Positions 37,451 to 50,898 of a stretch of DNA of 64,000 nt are shown piece after piece. Location of the stretch: contig CM119371.1 of NCBI GenBank assembly GCA_051294905.1, positions 7,380,001 to 7,444,000 of the forward strand, read 5' to 3'. The DNA comes from Botryllus schlosseri (lineage: Eukaryota). Numbering within the stretch: the first letter of the stretch is position 1; each line of letters starts with the position of its first letter. The position numbers were made by a program, and so were the translations under genes. The notes under the pieces were generated by a model. The model saw only the letters and a list, made by a program, of their open reading frames with translations. It had not been told where the DNA came from and searched no databases.

Positions 37451-39315
37451 GATTACAGGTACCAGCATTTAGGAAGATTTGTTTGGATATTCGACTCTGC
37501 CCTGTGCCCAATGTCACATCAACGATGTAATCAACCATCCCATAAAAGAGTTCAATCATGATCAGCACTACCGAATACAAAGGCGTGATTGAATGAATGC
37601 TTTTGAACGGGATTTCAAGAACACGCAGTATGGGGATGGTGGCTAGTAGCCATACTTCAATTATTCTATTAGCAGCCATTCACGGTTCAATCAGTTCCTA
37701 CAAACCAGGATATAATAAGTTTAGCGTTGGACCAAATTGAAAACTGATATCATTATGTCAACTTCACTAATTAATTATTAAATACTTCTGTCTGGTGCGA
37801 ATAGAATGTTGTTGTCCATCCTAATTGTGGCGTGAAAATACGCAGCCAGATAAAACTCACCTTGAATGAGAATTGGTAAATTGCTTGAAAGTTGCAGCTA
37901 GCTTGACTCTGATTGAAAGAAAATTCTTACCTGTGATGATAAACAAATTATACATCGGGTTGGAAACGATTCAAATTCGAACTTTACAGTTACCCATTGT
38001 GTTCAGACTTTTGGTTACAAATAGAAATAAGACCATTACTAGTGTTATTGTGAATAATTTCAAAACACTCCACCATAGCATTGATGGCAAATATTCGGAT
38101 CCGAAATCATTGATTTTACGAAAAGATGAATTCAGAATTACTCACTTTTCTCTCCTGGACAGAATTGTCAGACATTGTTGCAGGTCAGATTCCAACTGAT
38201 TGATATCGGTTGAGATTGTCACGCAAACTTCTTTTATCATCAAAGCCATTTCACATCCGACGACTCGACCATTAAATGATATGTTATAAATTATGATCGC
38301 ATGATTGCAATCCACTGTAACAAAATGAAGAGTGGTTATGAAAAGTAAAATCAATGAATCTATATACACCTCGGGTTGCTCAACCCTGACTATCATACGG
38401 TACCAGAAGATGTGGTAGATATCGAGTTGCGAACAGCCGCCTCATAGAAACATAATCGAAATGGTTAGTTTTGAGTAAGCATAAAAATCCAGAATCTTGA
38501 TCATGGATAGCCAAAAAATAAACAAACTTCTATATTCGGCCAAATTCATCAAAAATAATAAAAATAACAGGATAAACAAAAATTTCATCCGATTTTATAT
38601 CTTACTTAATCATTATTTATCCACGATTCTCATAACATAAGATAGGCATAGCCTATAAACTTGTAACTTGTAACCTAAGCTCTATTTGGAAGCGCATACT
38701 GTTGTTGTGTTCCTCAACTCAACAAGGGTGAGATCATCCATACTGATTTGACTTTTGCATATTGAGTCATTGACTGCGGGCTGGTTTTTTTCATATTGAA
38801 TTATTGGCAGTGTACAACTTATACGGCCTACAGTAATCAGTGGGTTCCCAACTCCTGATATTGGCCATGTAACCCTGGTGGAATGAATTGTACAAGTCAT
38901 CAAAATCATTGATCATATTTATATTGAGTAACGAACTACTGTGAATATATGATAGGCTGTATCACCTATTATGCACCACAAAATTACCGGTTACTATTTC
39001 TCTGATATTCATCAAATGATATAAATGGACTGTTAGTATTTTTCACATTGCAAAATTTGAAAAACATGACCTACAAAGTTCTGCTGCTTTGAAACACAAA
39101 AATGCACAATCTTCAAGACAATTATGATGGATTTGAAATGAAATGAATCAAAAATTGTAATTGTGAGCGACTTTCTTTTAATCATCTATCATCTGCAGAC
39201 TTGTACAAACTACTAATCTAGTTATTTGACGGTCAAGAGTAGTTCTAGTTGCGAACCCCGTTCTTTTTAAACACAGATTCTGTCTCCAGCTCGAGAGTGA
39301 TTAGCATTATAAGTA

Positions 39316-39875
39316 CCGTAATTTTCCATGTATAATCCGCGAAATTTTCACGATTTTTTGCCCTAAAATCGGGGGGTGCGTATTATACATTGGAACAACA
39401 CGCTTGAAAAAAATCTCCCTCGATAAAGAACTTGAAATCACACCTTTCTTCATGTTTGTTTCCAATCGCGCATCACTTTCAGCCATCATGCCCAGTGGGG
39501 CTGTTCAAAAAAAACGTGTTTTCCTGAATCTTGCTGGCAACATGATTAAACCGTTACGTTGCCTTAAAAAACGACGCGCACCACATTTTAATTCATTCCA
39601 ACCAATAATCGCGGATTACGTACAGTTTGAAAATTTTTAGTTTACCCAAAGATGCAAAAAAAAAATTTTTCCAAATTTTTATGACAACTCCATGAAATTG
39701 TTGAGCTGTTATTAAAGACGATGCAAAACAAATTTGACTCAATTCCAACCCGTAGAAGCGGAGCTAATCGAGTTTTTCTTCGATAATTCGGGGTACAGGC
39801 TTTTTCCCAGAATTTGCATGCCATTTTAAGGGTGCGTATTATACATGGGGGCGCACTATACTTTGAAAATTACGG
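39316..39875. mobile_element. Tc1/mariner-type MITE
   Basis: TA TSD; TIR CCGTAATTTTC / GAAAATTACGG; empty site aagTActgcag at 49182. Confidence 0.88.
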
Positions 39876-39952
39876 TACTGCAGTTGCTTAAGAACTGAAA
39901 ATCCAGTAATTTGCAGTTGCTAAGTTTGCTCAGTTGAGTGCAATCCATATCT

Positions 39953-41569
39953 TCACAAAACGGATTTGTAAATTCGACAACATTGATCTTCTTTTGGTTT
40001 CACTATAGTCCATTTGTCTTGTGATATATCATAATTTTCAATTGCATTAGCGGTTCCTCCATCTGTTACTGCAAAAATCCACTTGTCGATGTGATAAGCT
40101 GAAACCCAGCCATGACAAGCATTCATCGAAGATAATGAAGTCCACTGAGCTGAAGTAACGTCGTAGCATTCTACGTTGTTGAGTTTCATTCTTCCATCCC
40201 TGCCACCGATCACAAATATCTTTTGATCAACTGCAACAACACCACTCGCACGTACAGGATATCTCATTGGGTCGAGATCAACCCACTCTGATGAGGATGG
40301 AGTGAATCTGCAGAATGATGGAACTATGATACCATCTTGTCTTCTACCTCCGATACAATAGATGGAATCGTTCAAGGATATGAGACCTGCATCACGTATG
40401 GCTGTTGGTTTGCCTTCTAGTTGAATCCATTGATTCACAAGGGAAGTAAATATTTCCACATCACTTGTTGCTTTGGAATAACTTCCTCCAACAACGACTA
40501 TTGATCCCGACATAGAAACTGAGCGAGGAGTCAATCCATGGACACAAATCATATCTTTCATCCTTTCCCATTTTGAATTTTTGCTCTGAAAATTGAGTCG
40601 ATGAACTGATTTATTCCCACATAAAATGTAGATATACGAGTCTACAGAAATCGCCGAGAAATGCTTTAAATTCGTAAACTTCTCATCATGAAACTTCTCT
40701 ACTTTCTCAGTTACTGGATTGAAGGATCGGATACAATCTGCGTTATCATCAAAAAGAATTATCAAATCATCTTTGCCGATTTCTTCGTTTGTTTTCTGTG
40801 ATGCTTTTGAAGCTTTTAAGAGACGTCCAGTGATCAACTTGTACAGTCCTAAGTCGTTACTGATGATATGGTTTGATTCCAAAAGACGTTCTAAAAATGC
40901 AGGAGAGACTTCATCAAACTTGATTGCTTCGAGACATTCGTGCAAATGTTCCTGATTTCTGCAATTTTTCTCGACCCAATTGAACAATAAATTTAGTTTT
41001 TCTTCTTCACATAACTTTGATTTTTCCGACATCACGAATTTGAGGATGTTAGGTTTTTCAATGTTTCCAAATTCAGGTTGGTTTGATATTTCCATGATAT
41101 TGTCATGAAAAAATGCTCTACATCGCGTAGAGACGGCATCCAGTCCATACATATCGGCGACATTTCTTGTGGAAAAGTAATTCTCTTCATTAATTGATTC
41201 CTCCAAAAAGTCGGATACTGCGTGTTTGACGTCTTCCAACTGCATCATGATTGCGACATGAAGATCATTCATCTTTTCATCAGGAATCACAAATTTGCCT
41301 GAATATATGAAATCGATGCAGCTCTTCACACACTGAGAATCAACCTCTTTCAAAACAACCTTTCCTTCACGACTCTCTTTTGTGTCGTGCTTTAACATAG
41401 CTTTGAAATAAGCACAACCAGCCGACAATACATTTTTGTGGGTGTAATAGACATCATCTCCCACTTGAATTATGAAATCACAATGATCGTTTTCTTGCTT
41501 CATTCGATGTAATTCTTCCATCATCTTAACTGAATGTTTCTCTGCATTTTTACATACAATCTGCACCAT
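39953..41569 (-). CDS. BTB-BACK-Kelch protein, copy K3, 538 aa, with altered C-terminus
   Basis: Colinear paralogue. A 1-bp deletion near the end gives YKSVL* instead of YKSVFVKR*; it also has a 1-aa deletion (NDLHV) and a 3-aa longer linker (KASKASQK). Confidence 0.92.
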   Translation of the reverse strand: MVQIVCKNAEKHSVKMMEELHRMKQENDHCDFIIQVGDDVYYTHKNVLSAGCAYFKAMLKHDTKESREGKVVLKEVDSQCVKSCIDFIYSGKFVIPDEKMNDLHVAIMMQLEDVKHAVSDFLEESINEENYFSTRNVADMYGLDAVSTRCRAFFHDNIMEISNQPEFGNIEKPNILKFVMSEKSKLCEEEKLNLLFNWVEKNCRNQEHLHECLEAIKFDEVSPAFLERLLESNHIISNDLGLYKLITGRLLKASKASQKTNEEIGKDDLIILFDDNADCIRSFNPVTEKVEKFHDEKFTNLKHFSAISVDSYIYILCGNKSVHRLNFQSKNSKWERMKDMICVHGLTPRSVSMSGSIVVVGGSYSKATSDVEIFTSLVNQWIQLEGKPTAIRDAGLISLNDSIYCIGGRRQDGIIVPSFCRFTPSSSEWVDLDPMRYPVRASGVVAVDQKIFVIGGRDGRMKLNNVECYDVTSAQWTSLSSMNACHGWVSAYHIDKWIFAVTDGGTANAIENYDISQDKWTIVKPKEDQCCRIYKSVL

Positions 41570-41659
41570 GATTGTCAATCATCCACAATAGGCTATATAG
41601 AATGGTCCTATGATTATTATGATATAGTCAAGCACTGTTGTTGAAGTAAACAGGATTAG

Positions 41660-41800
41660 TAGGGCGATTTTTTGAACGTGTCAAAATTGAAGCGTTGGGT
41701 CAAAAATTGTCAAAATTGTTCACTAAGTCAAAATTATCATTTGTAGCCTATTTTATAGGCCTACCGTTGCAGACGGCCATTGTCTGCTCATTGTAAATCC
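41660..41800. mobile_element. End of a TAGGGCGATT hAT element immediately upstream of K3
   Basis: Reverse complement of about 1790-2007; it replaces the upstream region conserved in K1, K2 and K4. Confidence 0.75.
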
Positions 41801-44800
41801 ATAAACGGTTACCAGCACACACTCTCACTCCTAATATGCATTGGTTAGAAACAAAATTTATGAAGTAGTCAAACAGCATGTCTTGTCTACATGCCCGTAG
41901 TCAAGTATTCAAGGACTAGGACTTGCAGTCTTTCTTAATCATTTGTTCGACCCAAGCAGCTGAGCTACAGTACATATATTTTCAATTTGGTCAAGTGGGA
42001 AGCGGCGTTTGGTTATGCTTACATCAATTACACAATTAAACGAAACCAGATAAACAACAACCCCATATTATTCAAAACACTGAGGCGAAGTGGAGATGAC
42101 AAACAAGCAGTAGTAACTAAAGCGAAAGAATCAAAACTTCTGTACAATATCATCTATACATAGTGACCATTAGAATATGCAACCTAAATTGCATATTTTC
42201 CCTAAGTTAAAGAAACCGTTATTGGCTTTGGGAATAGTGAGGATTAGCACATGTGCGAAATGCAGTTGTTCTTGACCTTTTCATGGATGCGGCCCCATTT
42301 TCATTTTGCAAATATGACACGACCCACAACTCAGCCTCAATCTCCATCTAAGCGACGGCAATATGGCAGGTTTAGACCTAGCAAGAGAGGTGACCTATGT
42401 AATGGATGTTACATCACAATTCCCTTGTCATTGACCTAAGTTATTGTTTCAACTCAATATAGGGCTGCGAGTTGAGCATGCGACGTCAATATCATCAATA
42501 TCAGAGCGGCACAGTGAAATTTTACGATTCGTCAAGGGGTATCTTGTCCTTGACTTAGACAACTAGAACCATTCAGATTTTTCAAATTAGGGTAAAATCA
42601 GAATAATAGCTACACTGTTTTTTTTTCAAATGAAGGGTAGAATCAGAATGATAGCTAAACAGTGTTTTACAAACTAGCTTAAAATTAGAAATAAGTTACT
42701 GTTTTCAAAATTATATTAGAATTGCAGAGTTCACGAAAACTTAGACATTAAATCAAGTTCAGTTCATATCTGGCCGTCCAAAGCCTCAAGTCCAGCAAAC
42801 AACAACATGATATTATTCAAAATACTGAGGCAAAGTGAAAATGTCAAACTAGCTGTAGTAACTAGAAAAAATTAATCAAAACTTCTGTACAATCATCTGT
42901 GCATATCAAGTGTTAGCATGTGGAATCTAAATTGCTGTTATTCCTAAGTCAAGAAAGTCTAAGTCCTAAGTCCTTTTCACAGCCTTGACCCAATTTTCAT
43001 GTTGCAAATATGACATGACCCACCACTCGTCCTCAGTCTCCTTTTAAGCGGCAGCAATACGGTAGGTTTAGGCCTAGCAGTTCATATCAAATCATAGTTC
43101 GTTGTCATTAGCACGAGAATGGCAAATGTATGTATCGCAAACTTGGCTCGTTACAAACTATGCAGTTCTTCTGTAACAAAATCTATCCAGTTGTCCGAGC
43201 CTGTCTGGAATGCATCTGCCTTTTTGGGTCAATTGTTTGATTTGGGATCCGACTTGGATTGTTGATTGGGGCCTGCAGCGGGCTTCGCCGACAAAGTGAA
43301 GGAGGCGCTTTTCGTAATGAGTTCTCCCTCGTCGAATTTGAAATTTTGTCGGTATCTGATTCCGTCGTCGTGTCAACCTGTGACCTAGTGAGGGGGTCTG
43401 GGGCTTGAATCTTACGAATTCTTCTTTTCATTGAGCCGCCACATTCTTACTCACTTTGGAACGTCGCACAGGACTTGGCCGGTTCTCGTCTTCCGCGATC
43501 TGCAAAAATATTAGGGGGTCAGTCAACACTAACATTGCAATCCCGGGAAGTTACGGTATATTTCTGATAGCGAATCCGGGATCAACGAGATCTGACACTA
43601 CTTCCACGTACAGTTTTTTCCGGCAAAACTAGGCCTATGATACCCTAATTATTACTCGGGAATTTGTTCTTGTACTTGAGTATAAATTTACGACGCTACT
43701 TATCCTTCCATTTGAGTACCAACAATGAATACTTTGTTCTTCTCCTGAAACAGCGATGTCGAATGACCTTCAACCCTCACTTTCACCCGCATTTGTCACC
43801 CACCTTTTTACATTGGGATCCACTGACTTTTCCTGTAGGCATCCGAACCAATGGTGGGTCTTGGGGAACTTTCTGGTGGATCACTCCCAGTGGGCCGACC
43901 TTTTATCAATTGGGCGGTGTGCCGGAAATCCTTCCCAAGCAAGGGTGACACTGGAATCAAAGGGTGTCAGTTTTTTGGACAACAGGAAGCAAATTGCGAC
44001 ACTGACTCGATTACAATCATAATTGTAAATACGCAGCGTCTTCTAAATTACATTATGAGTAGAAGTTTAAAAAAATTAGATTACTATTACTGAATTTACG
44101 AAAACCAGCACATTGAATGAAGTTCAGTTCACATTAAATCACAGAGTTGCTTCTCATAAGTATGAAAATGGTAAATTCCTGTTTCTTGGCTCTATTCAAG
44201 CGATACAGTTCTCCTAGATCCTTTTCTTGAAAGTCAGAATATAGATACCGGTACGCTATAAAATTAGAGCATAGAAATATTTCACAAATCAGATAAGAAT
44301 TTCACAACTAGAATTATCTAGTTGTCCAAGTCTGCGCAATGGTGGTCACTACCAAATTACTTGTACTTTTTCCAAGTAATCGAGTATTTCCCCACTACTG
44401 GTAGCACCTACCAGAGTAAGTAAAATTTCTGCTACTATTACTTGTAATCTGTCATATTTCGTAACTTGACTACTTGTCACTATTTCCAGTTTGTGAAGCC
44501 GAAGTGTTATGTCATGGCTGCTGTTGCAGAGAGCCCAGACTTTTTGTCGGGCTTTGCGCGAAGATATAGAGTGACCAATATCTTTCCACTAAAGCAAGGG
44601 TGGCCAACCTTTTCGACCAGAGGGCCAAATGCGATATACGAACCTTTGCGCGGGCCACTTGAATGTTGATAACCTTTTAAGTCGTCCGATAGGAGTGAAC
44701 CGGACTAGGTAACGGTGAAATCACGACTTATCTTACTACGCATCAAAATCGATAACTCTTATTTATTGAAAGCTCCTAGCTGCGCGAGGGGAGAAAAATT

Positions 44801-45298
44801 TCAAAGTTAATGAATGAATTCGGTCAATTATACTGTACCTTGCATATATTGCGAGCAGTCTCTGTTAACTGCTAGGCTCATTTGGCAAGGGCAAGGAAGT
44901 CGCATGTTGGACGACACGTTCTCGCATAATTGCGAATATATAGTTAGGCTCAATTCCGTATTCGGGCGTATTTGGGGACACCCATACTAAAAGCAAGAAA
45001 TCTAGTGAAAATAAATCGCGGGAAGTGCTGAGAAAAATTTAAAGTCAAATAAATTTGCCTCGATATATTCTACTTAATGGTCATATACGAAGATCTACGA
45101 AAATTGTGACAGACGCGTGGCTTATATGCCTACGCGTCATAACTGATATCTTAGTAATCAATAGCATCCCAAATTTTGTGCTCATGCTAATAAAACTTTT
45201 GGTTTCCTTTGCAAATTCATAATAAATTACCTTGGTAATTCATTTTTTTACATTCATTACCAATTTCGAGAATTACTGGGTCATGGGTTGGCTGCCCC

Positions 45299-45730
45299 CA
45301 GTGTTGTGATGACTAAACTTGACTCGAGTCATTTTCTCGAACTACGGAAATGACTCGACTCAGTAAATCTGTGTATGACTTGACTCGAGTCAATTGCGCA
45401 TGACTCGAACCAAGTCATATGAATCGAGACTCAGACAGCCAAGACAGACATTCCATTGTAATTTCGAAGAATAGTAAAGTAACCACACTGTTGGAATTAC
45501 GTCTATTGGTGCTGGTACTTGAAGATGCGACCAGAAACTACTAAAAGTGAGGAAAATTAGTATATTATAAATGCTAGCCATTCGATATCACCAAACAGAG
45601 TGATATAAAGTGTGTGTTAGCAAGAATTTCACTGGAAACTAGGCAGTCAACACAATGACTCGGACTCCAGTCATAATACTGTGACTCGGACTCGACCCTC
45701 TGCTCGTTGACTTGGACTTGACTCGGTGGT
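45299..45730. mobile_element. Degenerate inverted copy of the GACTC-rich hAT MITE
   Basis: Reverse-complement similarity to 16059-16587; one end missing. Confidence 0.75.
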
Positions 45731-48290
45731 TGTGGCTTCTGCATCTAATTTTAAGCCCAAAACCAGCTTCTAGTGTAAGCGGTTATCAATATGTGGCGAA
45801 ATTAGCCAATTTTGGCTCGTTCGGTGAAATTGCACAACCACTAGACTAGAGGGTGAACAAGTCCAATATTATTATAGAAATAATTTATTTGATCTTTGGC
45901 ACTACTGTCTACTGTCAAATTGAGTTGCCTAAAAGAACAATGCATAACAATTTTTGGTCACTTCCAACCCATAGAAGCGAATTTATTGCAGTTGAAAATT
46001 TTAGATTTGCAAAAATAGCATTGATGGTGGGTAATCACAGAATTATTGATGAAAAACTTAAATAACTGAGTTTCAACGGGTTGGAATTGCATCAAATTTC
46101 TTTTTCATCGTTTTTGTTCACAACTTAACAACTTCATGGGGCTGACAGTGAAATTTGCCTCGGCTTCTACTGGTAGGAATTGAGCCAAATTTTGTGTGCA
46201 GCGATTTTTACGCAACCTAACATTTTAATCGGTGAATTCCAGGAATACAAAAAAAGGTTATTTTGGACAACCCTAAAGCATGCAATCGCAGATAGCTATT
46301 TCTTGTGACTATTTTGCGACAACTTAAAAGACTTCACCCCCCTCCGAGTTTACCGGCAATCAGTGAGCCAGATTTATAGCACGATTTCTTTGTCATCTTG
46401 GAATGAGTAAATGCTGAATATACGAGTCTGTATGGTGTAAATATATGGTGGGTTGATATTAAGGAAGATAGCATGTTGATATGAAAATCCATGGCATTTC
46501 ACTCGATTCATTTAAGACTGACATTGTCTACATAGCGGACAGAATGTTTGCTATATATTTCTACATTGTCACCAATTCTGGATATGTTACAAAATCACAC
46601 AGAAACTCACATGCAGTCGTCATGATTCCTGGAAATCTCAAAATTGAGTTTTTGTCTTTTGGTCGGTGACAATGCCTGAAAAAAAATCTCATAATTAATT
46701 ACACAGCCAAAAAATAGACATGGACAGTAAAATTAAACAGCTGTTCCACCAGCCACCTCGAACTGTATCGAGCACAAAAATGTCAGAAAATGCCTTCATT
46801 TGGTGTGGAAAATGCCTCAGTGTCAACATGGGAGTGGCTCACTTTGGTTTATGCATACCATCTTTGTGATGTTACAGAGAAGTCACAATGCGCGTTCATA
46901 CAATTTAGGAAGATTTGGTTATTCCTTTAAACCCTGACCTCTGCCCAATGATGTAATTAACAATCTCATAGAGTTCAACCACGATAGGTACTAATGAATA
47001 CAGAGGCATACGCGAATGAACACTTTTCAACGGGATTTCAAGAACATGCAGCACAAGTGAGCTATTTGCCATACTTCCATTATACTATTAGCAGTCACGC
47101 GTGGTTCAAACAGCTCCTGCAAACCGGGATAATAACTTCAGACTAGGAGCAAATTGAAAACTAACAACCTCCGGATATGAGCTGATTGTTATGCGAATAG
47201 AATTTCGATCCTAAATGTGACTTGAGAATACGCAGCCGGATATAACTTACCTTGAATGACAATTGGTAAACGTGCTTGAAAGTTGCAACTTGCTTGACTC
47301 TGATCGAAAGCAAATCCTTGCCTGTGATGATAAAGAAACGATACATCGGGTTAGAAACTATTCGAATTTAACTTTACAGTCACCAAATGTGTTCAAGATT
47401 GTAGTTACAGATAGAAATAAGATCGTTACTAGTGGGTGCGTCGAGTTTATTGGTAATAATTTATTCATTTCGAAATACCCTACTATAGCATTGATGGCAA
47501 ATAATCGAATCGGAAATCATTGATTTTGTATATGGATAAATTCAGAATTACTCACTTTTATCTCCGTAGAATTTTCACACACTGATGCATGTCAGATTTC
47601 AACTGATTGAGATAGGTTGAGATCGCCTTGCAAACTTCTTTTATCATCAAAGCCATTTCACATCCAACGACCAGACCATTAAATAATATGCTATATTGTT
47701 ATATATGATCTTCTGATTGCAATCCACTGTAACAAAATGAATAATGGTTACGAAAAGTAAAATGAATGAATTTATATACAGCACAGGTTGCTCAACCCTG
47801 GCAATCGTATCAGCAGATGCGGTATTTAACGAGTTGCCGATAGTCGCCTCATACAAATATAATTGAAATGGTTCATGGTTGATTATGCACACGAATTTAG
47901 ATCTTGATCATGGATAGCTGAAAACTGCCAACAGATTTTGAATCAGCGCCTCCAAATTCGTCAAAACAATAAAATAGCAATATAGCAATAGCATAATGTA
48001 GGCTCTTATTAGGCCTACATTATGTGATCACTGTTAATCCACGATTCTCATAAAGTAAGATAGGCAATCAGGCATGTAAACTAGGAACCTAAGCTCAATT
48101 TGGAAGCCCACATTGTTGTGAGACCACATTTTGAAGAGTAAGTAACTTGAGCAAATATCGTGTGTGGCTAAACAAACAAACAAACACTAATATGAGATTT
48201 TCGTGCATCGCGCAGCCTTATCAAGTGCTGTGGCCCAGTGGGTTATTTCATACTGAATTAAAGGATGTGCAAAACCTGAACAGCCTAAAG

Positions 48291-48924
48291 CAGGGTTGTC
48301 AAACTAAAATTGCGTCACGGGCAGTATTTCAAAAATAAGGTGATTGTCTTGTTGTATAGGCCTACAGTTCAGAACCTTTAAACACTGGCAGCAACGACGA
48401 CATAAGATGGCATATTCTATGCTTTCTTCCATTCAGTCGTAATCTGGCGTTAGCCCTGCATATGCGTTGCAGTTACATTTATTTGGAAACGCGGCCGTTG
48501 GAATTCAGTTTATTATTATTACATGGCAAGTCCGGTTAGTCTCATGTCTGGGGAGCTATTGGGTCGTAAGTGACACAGCAGTGCGTCCATAGATATGTCA
48601 ATTATATATTTGTGCAACCAATACATTTTCAATTTAATATAACTACTTTTTGGTCCATGTTTGTATAAAACTCTGACCTGGGTGTGCCTTCTTGAAATTA
48701 GACGTCAATTTCCCCGACTTATTATTACTAGTTGTAACTAGAGTGAAAGCACAGCACTGCAGTCGGGTGGTTATAATGGGGCCTATCAACAAGAAAGTAT
48801 TTCCTGAAAAAAATCTCAACATTTGTTACAAATGTGCTAAATATATAGGAATTTTTAAACAAACGCAGCATTGCTTCGCGGGCCGGATGAAATCATCTGG
48901 CCGACCGTAAGTTTGACACCCCTG
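48291..48924. mobile_element. hAT MITE
   Basis: Termini CAGGGTTGTCAAACT / AGTTTGACACCCCTG; near-TSD GCCTAAAG / GTCTACAG; empty site gcctacagtaatcagt at about 38827. Confidence 0.82.
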
Positions 48925-49251
48925 GTCTACAGTAATCAGTAGGTTCCAGAATCCGGAAATTTCAGGATTCAGATGCAGATTTGTACAAACTACCAATCTA
49001 GCTGGTTGACGGTTTATAGTATCTCTAGTGGCAGATTTTGAAAAGAGAGTACCGTGGTTCTAATGTCGTCGTTTGGCGTGAATAATACTACTGGTGCTCC
49101 AAAAAACGTCCATTTCGAACACACAAACCCGTTCTTTTGAAAGGCATATTCTATTACCAACTCAGTGATTTGACTTTCAAGTACTGCAGTCTTTTTGGAA
49201 CTGAAGATTCAGTTTTTGTACCAGTCTGCTCAGCCGAGTTATGAGTGCAAT

Positions 49252-50898
49252 CTATCTCTTCACAAATACGGATTTGTAAATACGACAACGTTCATCTACA
49301 TTTGTTTTCACTTTGGTCCATTCGTCTTGCGATATATCATACTTTTTAATATGATCAGAGTCGAAAATTGATACTGCAAAAATCCACTTGTCGATGTGAT
49401 ACGCAGAAACTAGAAAATGAAAAGCATTCATAGAAGATAATGAAGTCCACTGAGCTGAAGTAACATCGTAACATTGTACAGTGACGATCTTGATTTCTCT
49501 CCTCACCCCATCGATTACAAACATCTTTAATCCACCGATCACGTATATCTTCTGATCAACTGCAACAACACCACTCGCACAAACACGATATATCATCTGT
49601 TTGAGATCAACCCACTCTGATGAGGATGGAGTGAATCTGCAGAATGATGAAACTGTGAGATCATTTTGTCCTATACCTCCAATACAATAGATGGAATCAT
49701 TCAATGATACGAGACTTGTTAAACGAATCGCCGAAGGCTTGTGTTTCAGTTGAAACCATTGATTCGCAGGGTGAGTAAATATTTCCACATCTCTGGTTGC
49801 TTCAGAACTTCCTCCGACGACGCATATTGATCCTGACAAAGAAACTGAGCGAGGCCAGAATCCATGATCACAAATCATATCTTTCATCCTTTCCCATTTT
49901 GAATTTTTGCTCTGAAATTTGAGTCGATGAACTGATTTATTCCCACATAAAACATAGATATACGAGTCTAGAGAAATCGCCGAGAAATGTTTTAACTGCC
50001 TTAACTTCTCATCATGAAACTTCTCTACTCTCTCAGTTACTGGATTGAAGGATCGGATACAATCTGCTTTACGATCAAAAAGAATTATCAATTCATCTTT
50101 GCTAGATTCTTTGTCGGTTTTCTGTGATGCTTCTGAAGTCTGCAAAAACTGTCCAGTGATCGTCTTGTACAATCCAAAGTCGTTACTGATAATTTGGTTT
50201 GATTCCAAAAGACGTTTTAAATATGCCGGAGAGACTTTATCCAACTCGATTGCTTCTAGACATTCGTGCAAATGTTCTTGATTTTTCCAATTTTTTTCAA
50301 CCCAATCGAACAATACCATCAGTTTATCTTCCTCGCATAACTTTGATTTTTCCAATATCACAGATTTGAGGATGTCAGTTTTTTTAATATTTCCAAATTC
50401 AGGTTGGTTTGAAATTTCCATGATATTTTCATGAAAAAATGCTCTACATCGCGTAGAGACGGCGTCCAGTCCATACATATCAGCGACATTTCTTATGGAA
50501 AAGTAATTCTCTACATCAACTGATTCCTCCAAAACGTCAGATACTGCCTGCTTCACGTCTTCCAACTGCATCATGACTGCGACATGCAGAAGATCATTCA
50601 TCTTTTCATCAGAAATCTCAAATTTGCCAGAATATATGAAATCGATGCAGTTTTTCACACACTCAGAATCGACCTCTTTGAGAACAACTTTTCCTTCACG
50701 ACTCTCTTTGGTATCGTGCCTTAACATCGCTTTGAAATAAGCACAACCAGCAGACAATACATTTTTGTGAGTGTAATAGACATCATCTCCCACTTGAATT
50801 ATGAAATCACAATGATCGTTCTCTTGCTTCATTCGATGTAATTCTTCCATCATCTTCACTGAATGTTTCTCCACATTTTTACACACAATCTGCACCAT
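49252..50898 (-). CDS. BTB-BACK-Kelch protein, copy K4, 548 aa
   Basis: Colinear paralogue with an in-frame insertion after YVIGG (LKMFVIDG); first ATG at 50898. Confidence 0.95.
   Translation of the reverse strand: MVQIVCKNVEKHSVKMMEELHRMKQENDHCDFIIQVGDDVYYTHKNVLSAGCAYFKAMLRHDTKESREGKVVLKEVDSECVKNCIDFIYSGKFEISDEKMNDLLHVAVMMQLEDVKQAVSDVLEESVDVENYFSIRNVADMYGLDAVSTRCRAFFHENIMEISNQPEFGNIKKTDILKSVILEKSKLCEEDKLMVLFDWVEKNWKNQEHLHECLEAIELDKVSPAYLKRLLESNQIISNDFGLYKTITGQFLQTSEASQKTDKESSKDELIILFDRKADCIRSFNPVTERVEKFHDEKLRQLKHFSAISLDSYIYVLCGNKSVHRLKFQSKNSKWERMKDMICDHGFWPRSVSLSGSICVVGGSSEATRDVEIFTHPANQWFQLKHKPSAIRLTSLVSLNDSIYCIGGIGQNDLTVSSFCRFTPSSSEWVDLKQMIYRVCASGVVAVDQKIYVIGGLKMFVIDGVRREIKIVTVQCYDVTSAQWTSLSSMNAFHFLVSAYHIDKWIFAVSIFDSDHIKKYDISQDEWTKVKTNVDERCRIYKSVFVKR

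Larger units (their letters stand above)
31095..41659. repeat. Segmental duplication unit 3 containing K3, with an internal re-duplication at about 36380-38100
   Basis: Colinear blocks; the gtgcccaatgtcacatc...aaactcaccttg module occurs twice (about 36425 and 37504). Confidence 0.8.

Noticed and set aside
11498..50898. Viral (poxvirus-like) BTB-Kelch cluster
   Set aside because: Coding density is very low, SINEs, MITEs and splice-like signals are abundant, and no viral core genes are present.
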